Shown one piece after another: positions 27,669 to 32,000 of a DNA stretch of 32,000 bases. The stretch lies in sequence record OZ298074.1, one strand, 5' to 3'. Position 1 is the stretch's first letter, and each line of letters begins with the position of its first letter. A model generated the notes under the pieces. The model was given only the letters and a program-made list of their open reading frames with translations, searched no databases and was not told the DNA's origin. Both the position numbers and the translations under genes were made by a program.

Positions 27669-27674
27669 CCCTCC
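27669..27674 (+). promoter_or_regulatory. C-rich 3' motif after nad4
   Basis: TCCCTCC followed by AATAAATTA, 94 nt after the stop. Confidence 0.55.
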
Positions 27675-27878
27675 AATAAATTATTTTCTAAAATTTTATT
27701 TTTATTTTTTGGTTTTTATTAATTTATAAATTTTTATAATATTTTTTTTTTTAATATATAAATCAATTTAAAAAAAGTTTAATTAATAACAATGATAAAA
27801 TTAATTATAATTAATTTTAAAAGAGTCTAATTATATATAACAAATTTTTAATATTTAAATATATTTTATTTAAATTTA

Positions 27879-27952
27879 ATGGTAGAAGATGAACAGGTTC
27901 AATCGCTCCCTTTGGGTGGGAGAGCTAGCGTGTTCGAGTCGCGCCTACCATA
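27879..27952 (+). tRNA. trnP: tRNA-Pro (anticodon UGG)
   Basis: Acceptor ATGGTAG/CTACCAT, anticodon stem CTCCC/GGGAG, loop TTTGGGT, unusually GC-rich T arm GCGTG-TTCGAGT-CGCGC. Confidence 0.85.
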
Positions 27953-27994
27953 ATTTATTTTATATATTAGTTTAAATATATAATTAATTTATAA

Positions 27995-28067
27995 GGTGCC
28001 ATGGCAGAGTGGTTAATGCGAGGTACTGTTAATACTTTTTTCAGAGGTTCAATTCCTCTTGGCACCT
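27995..28067 (+). tRNA. trnN: tRNA-Asn (anticodon GUU)
   Basis: Acceptor GGTGCCA/TGGCACC (perfect), anticodon stem AGGTA/TACTT, loop CTGTTAA, T arm AGAGG-TTCAATT-CCTCT. Confidence 0.85.
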
Positions 28068-28134
28068 GTTCTTTTTAAATATTAGAATTTTAATTTTTGT
28101 TTCTAAAATTTTAAAAGAAGTTAATAAGATTTTA

Positions 28135-28220
28135 GCGAACATGTTGAAATTTTGGTAAACAATCTCCTCTTAAGCAGGAGTGGAAGTAGTTCCTTAAGAG
28201 TTCGAGTCTCTTTGTTCGTA
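28135..28220 (+). tRNA. trnL: tRNA-Leu (anticodon UAA), long variable arm
   Basis: Acceptor GCGAACA/TGTTCGT, anticodon stem CTCCT/AGGAG, loop CTTAAGC, T arm AAGAG-TTCGAGT-CTCTT. 86 nt. Confidence 0.85.
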
Positions 28221-28293
28221 ATTTTGTTTCAATGATAGTGTAAAAATTTATTAATTATAAATATAAGCAATTAAAATTTATAATAAAATACAA

Positions 28294-28365
28294 AGCGATA
28301 TAGTGTAATGGTATGCACGGCAGTCTCATGAGCTGCTAGGTTCGGTTCGATTCCAAAATTCGCTA
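28294..28365 (+). tRNA. trnM: Second tRNA with CAU anticodon (Met, initiator, or lysidine-Ile)
   Basis: Anticodon stem GCAGT/GCTGC, loop CTCATGA, D arm GTGT/GCAC, T loop TTCGATT. The acceptor AGCGATA/ATTCGCT has two mismatches at its base (6:67 T:T, 7:66 A:A), and the T stem has one C:A. Confidence 0.7.
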
Positions 28366-28446
28366 TACTTAAAAACAAAAATTTTTTAACAATAAATTTT
28401 ACAAATATTAATTTTTTTAAGTTATATAATAATTAAAATAAATTTT

Positions 28447-28517
28447 GGTCTTTTAGTGTAAAGGTCGCACGGTTACCCTTCACGTATCCAGTGTCAGTTC
28501 GAATCTGATAAAGACTA
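28447..28517 (+). tRNA. trnE: tRNA-Glu (anticodon UUC), with C at position 33
   Basis: Acceptor GGTCTTT/AAAGACT, D arm GTGT/GCAC, anticodon stem GTTAC/GTATC (one T:T), loop CCTTCAC, T arm GTCAG-TTCGAAT-CTGAT. Confidence 0.75.
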
Positions 28518-28598
28518 ATAATAAATTTTATATTAAAATTTTAAATATATAAATTTTAAATTATTAAAATTATAAATATATGAATATTTACATTATTA

Positions 28599-28679
28599 GG
28601 AATAGTTATCATTTGGAAAGTTAAGACAATTGCTAATTGTTCGGGGCAACCCTTGGGTGTTCGACTCACCTCTATTCCG
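28599..28679 (+). tRNA. trnS: tRNA-Ser (anticodon GCU), long variable arm
   Basis: Acceptor GGAATAG/CTATTCC (perfect), anticodon stem GACAA/TTGTT, loop TTGCTAA, variable arm CGGGGCAACCCTTG, T loop TTCGACT. Confidence 0.85.
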
Positions 28680-28759
28680 TTATATTATATTCTTTTTATT
28701 AGATCTAAGATTATAAGAAAAAAGGATAAACAAATAGAGTTAATTAGAATTAATAGTAA

Positions 28760-30364
<1,605 letters not shown>

Positions 30365-30447
30365 TATTTTTACAATTAAAATATTTATAATAAATTTTTT
30401 ATTTATTAGTTCTTTAAATCTTAGTAAAATTTTTATTAACTTTTATT

Positions 30448-30454
30448 CCCCTCC
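30448..30454 (+). promoter_or_regulatory. C-rich 3' motif after cox1
   Basis: CCCCTCC followed by AATTAATT, 84 nt after the stop, then (TTTTTG)n tracts at 30507-30577. Confidence 0.6.
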
Positions 30455-30686
30455 AATTAATTGTAATATTTTATTAAATTTATATTTATATATTTTCATT
30501 TAAATATTTTTGTTTTTTGTTTTTTTGTTTTTATTCTTATTATTTTCTAATTATCTTATTTTTGTTTTTGTTTTTTTATTTATAAATCATTACTATAAGT
30601 AACTTAATTATAAAAATTTTTTTTTAGATTAAGTATTTAACTCTAATTAAGCACAAATATAAATTTTAATTAAAAACATAAATCAA

Positions 30687-31460
30687 ATGTTATCAACTAA
30701 TACAGCTTTATTTATTAATTCTCCTTTAGAACAATTTGAAGTTACAAGTTTATTAAGTTTTAATGCACCTGTATTTGGTTATATAAGCTTAACTTTAACT
30801 AATTTAGCTTTATATTCTGGTATAATTTTATCTTTAATCGTAGGTTTACATATTTTGGGAAATAATAATACAAAGTTATTACCTTCTAAATGGTCTATCT
30901 TATTTGAAAGTTTCTTTGCAAGTATAAATACTATGGTTAGAGAACAAATAGGTAAAGAAATTTATTTACCATTTATTTATTCTTTATTCTTTTTCATATT
31001 AGTATCTAATTTAGTAGGTAATGTTCCATATTCATATACTATAACTACATCTGTAATTGTATCTATCGGATTATCATTTACTATATTAATAGGTGTAACT
31101 ATACTTGGATTATATGTTCATAAAATTCATTTTTTTTCATTCTTTATACCAGCAGGTACACCATTAGCTTTAGTTCCTTTATTAGTTTTAATTGAATTAA
31201 TAAGTTACTTAGCTAGAGCTTTCTCACTAGGTATAAGATTATTTGCTAATGTAGTAGCAGGACATACATTATTAAAAATATTATCAACATTCTTATTTAA
31301 AATGTTCTCAGGTGGATTAATAATTTTTATTATGACATTATTACCATTTGCTTTATTTTTAGCTATTACAGGTTTAGAATTAGCAGTTTCATTTATACAA
31401 GCTTATGTTTTAGTTCTTCTTGTATGTTCTTATATTAAAGATGCTATAAATTTACATTAA
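30687..31460 (+). CDS. atp6: ATP synthase F0 subunit 6
   Basis: 257 aa: SPLEQFEV, LFANVVAGHTLLKIL, LAVSFIQAYVLVLL. Confidence 0.96.
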   Translation: MLSTNTALFINSPLEQFEVTSLLSFNAPVFGYISLTLTNLALYSGIILSLIVGLHILGNNNTKLLPSKWSILFESFFASINTMVREQIGKEIYLPFIYSLFFFILVSNLVGNVPYSYTITTSVIVSIGLSFTILIGVTILGLYVHKIHFFSFFIPAGTPLALVPLLVLIELISYLARAFSLGIRLFANVVAGHTLLKILSTFLFKMFSGGLIIFIMTLLPFALFLAITGLELAVSFIQAYVLVLLVCSYIKDAINLH

Positions 31461-31519
31461 TTTAAGAATATAAAAACAAAACAAACAAACAAAAATTTTT
31501 TAACAATAAATTTTATAAT

Positions 31520-31525
31520 CCCTCC
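31520..31525 (+). promoter_or_regulatory. C-rich 3' motif after atp6
   Basis: TCCCTCC followed by AATGTTTAT, 60 nt after the stop, preceded by an AAAAACAAAACAAACAAACAAAAA tract. Confidence 0.55.
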
Positions 31526-31570
31526 AATGTTTATATTCAATTGTATAATTATTAAATTTATATTTTAAAA

Positions 31571-32000
31571 GAGGGTTAAGAAGTCTAAAACTGGAATTTA
31601 ACTTTAAAATTTAAGAATAATTTTATTTAATTCTTATAATAGGTAATTTAGGAAAGGTTCAAGGTGATTATAATTAATAATAAATAGTTTTATACTATAA
31701 AATTTAATTGTATTATTAATAAAAATAACAAAGTAATTTGTGAGAAATTTTTAAAGAAAATAATTATTAAGTAAAATAAAAATTTTAATTAAAATTTTGA
31801 TATATATAAAAATCTAATACTAAAGTTTTTTAGCAAATATTATAATTAATATGAAATATAGAATCTCTTTAATTCGTCTAAAGTATTAGTTAGATCAGTA
31901 AATAATAATTATACTATATTTTAATAGATATAATCAATGTAATTATTATATTTCAGGAATTGTCTTATAGATATTTATTCTAACTCAATTATTATATAAA
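31571..32000 (+). rRNA. rnl: Possible 5' end of the large-subunit rRNA (partial, continues beyond the window)
   Basis: GAGGGTTAAGAAGTCTAAAACTGGA resembles the bacterial 23S 5' start GGTTAAG...; GGTTCAAGGTGATTATAAT resembles GGTAAGGTGATATGAA. There is no ORF here, and it lies just after the atp6 3' motif. This is a memory-based alignment only. Confidence 0.35.

Overview
This window is a very AT-rich, intron-free segment of a fungal-type mitochondrial genome. On the + strand it carries rps3, nad6, nad2-nad3 (1-nt overlap), rns, atp8, atp9, nad1, cob, cox3, nad4L-nad5, nad4, cox1, atp6 and probably the 5' end of rnl. I folded 22 tRNA genes by eye, plus one aberrant tRNA-like element. cox2 and most of rnl lie outside the window. 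The exact lineage cannot be determined from the sequence; the complex I genes exclude Saccharomyces-like and fission yeasts.

The ordinary backbone is interrupted between about 9.1 and 16.7 kb by an accessory region with four strand switches. It holds two decayed, 5'-truncated plasmid-type family-B DNA polymerase genes (dpo) on the - strand, an inverted trnC-trnL-trnR block, and several ORFs with no family I can recognise. Two of these ORFs (176 and 184 aa) form one 407-codon frame broken only by a single TGA. A further unrecognised repeat-containing ORF follows and overlaps cox3.

Other points worth a second look:
- trnW has a CCA anticodon and no core gene contains TGA, so Trp decoding appears to be UGG-only.
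- A strand-specific CCCTCC-type motif follows every gene or processing unit, including the accessory ORFs.
- There are dispersed AAAAACAAAAA/TTTTTGTTTTT and TTAAAAGAAGTTAAT motif families.
- rns shows apparently compensatory substitutions in the 530 loop and the decoding centre.
- An A/C-rich non-coding block lies upstream of atp9.

I found no CRISPR arrays, introns or homing endonucleases. All tRNA folds, rRNA alignments and homology calls were made by eye and from memory and need tool confirmation.
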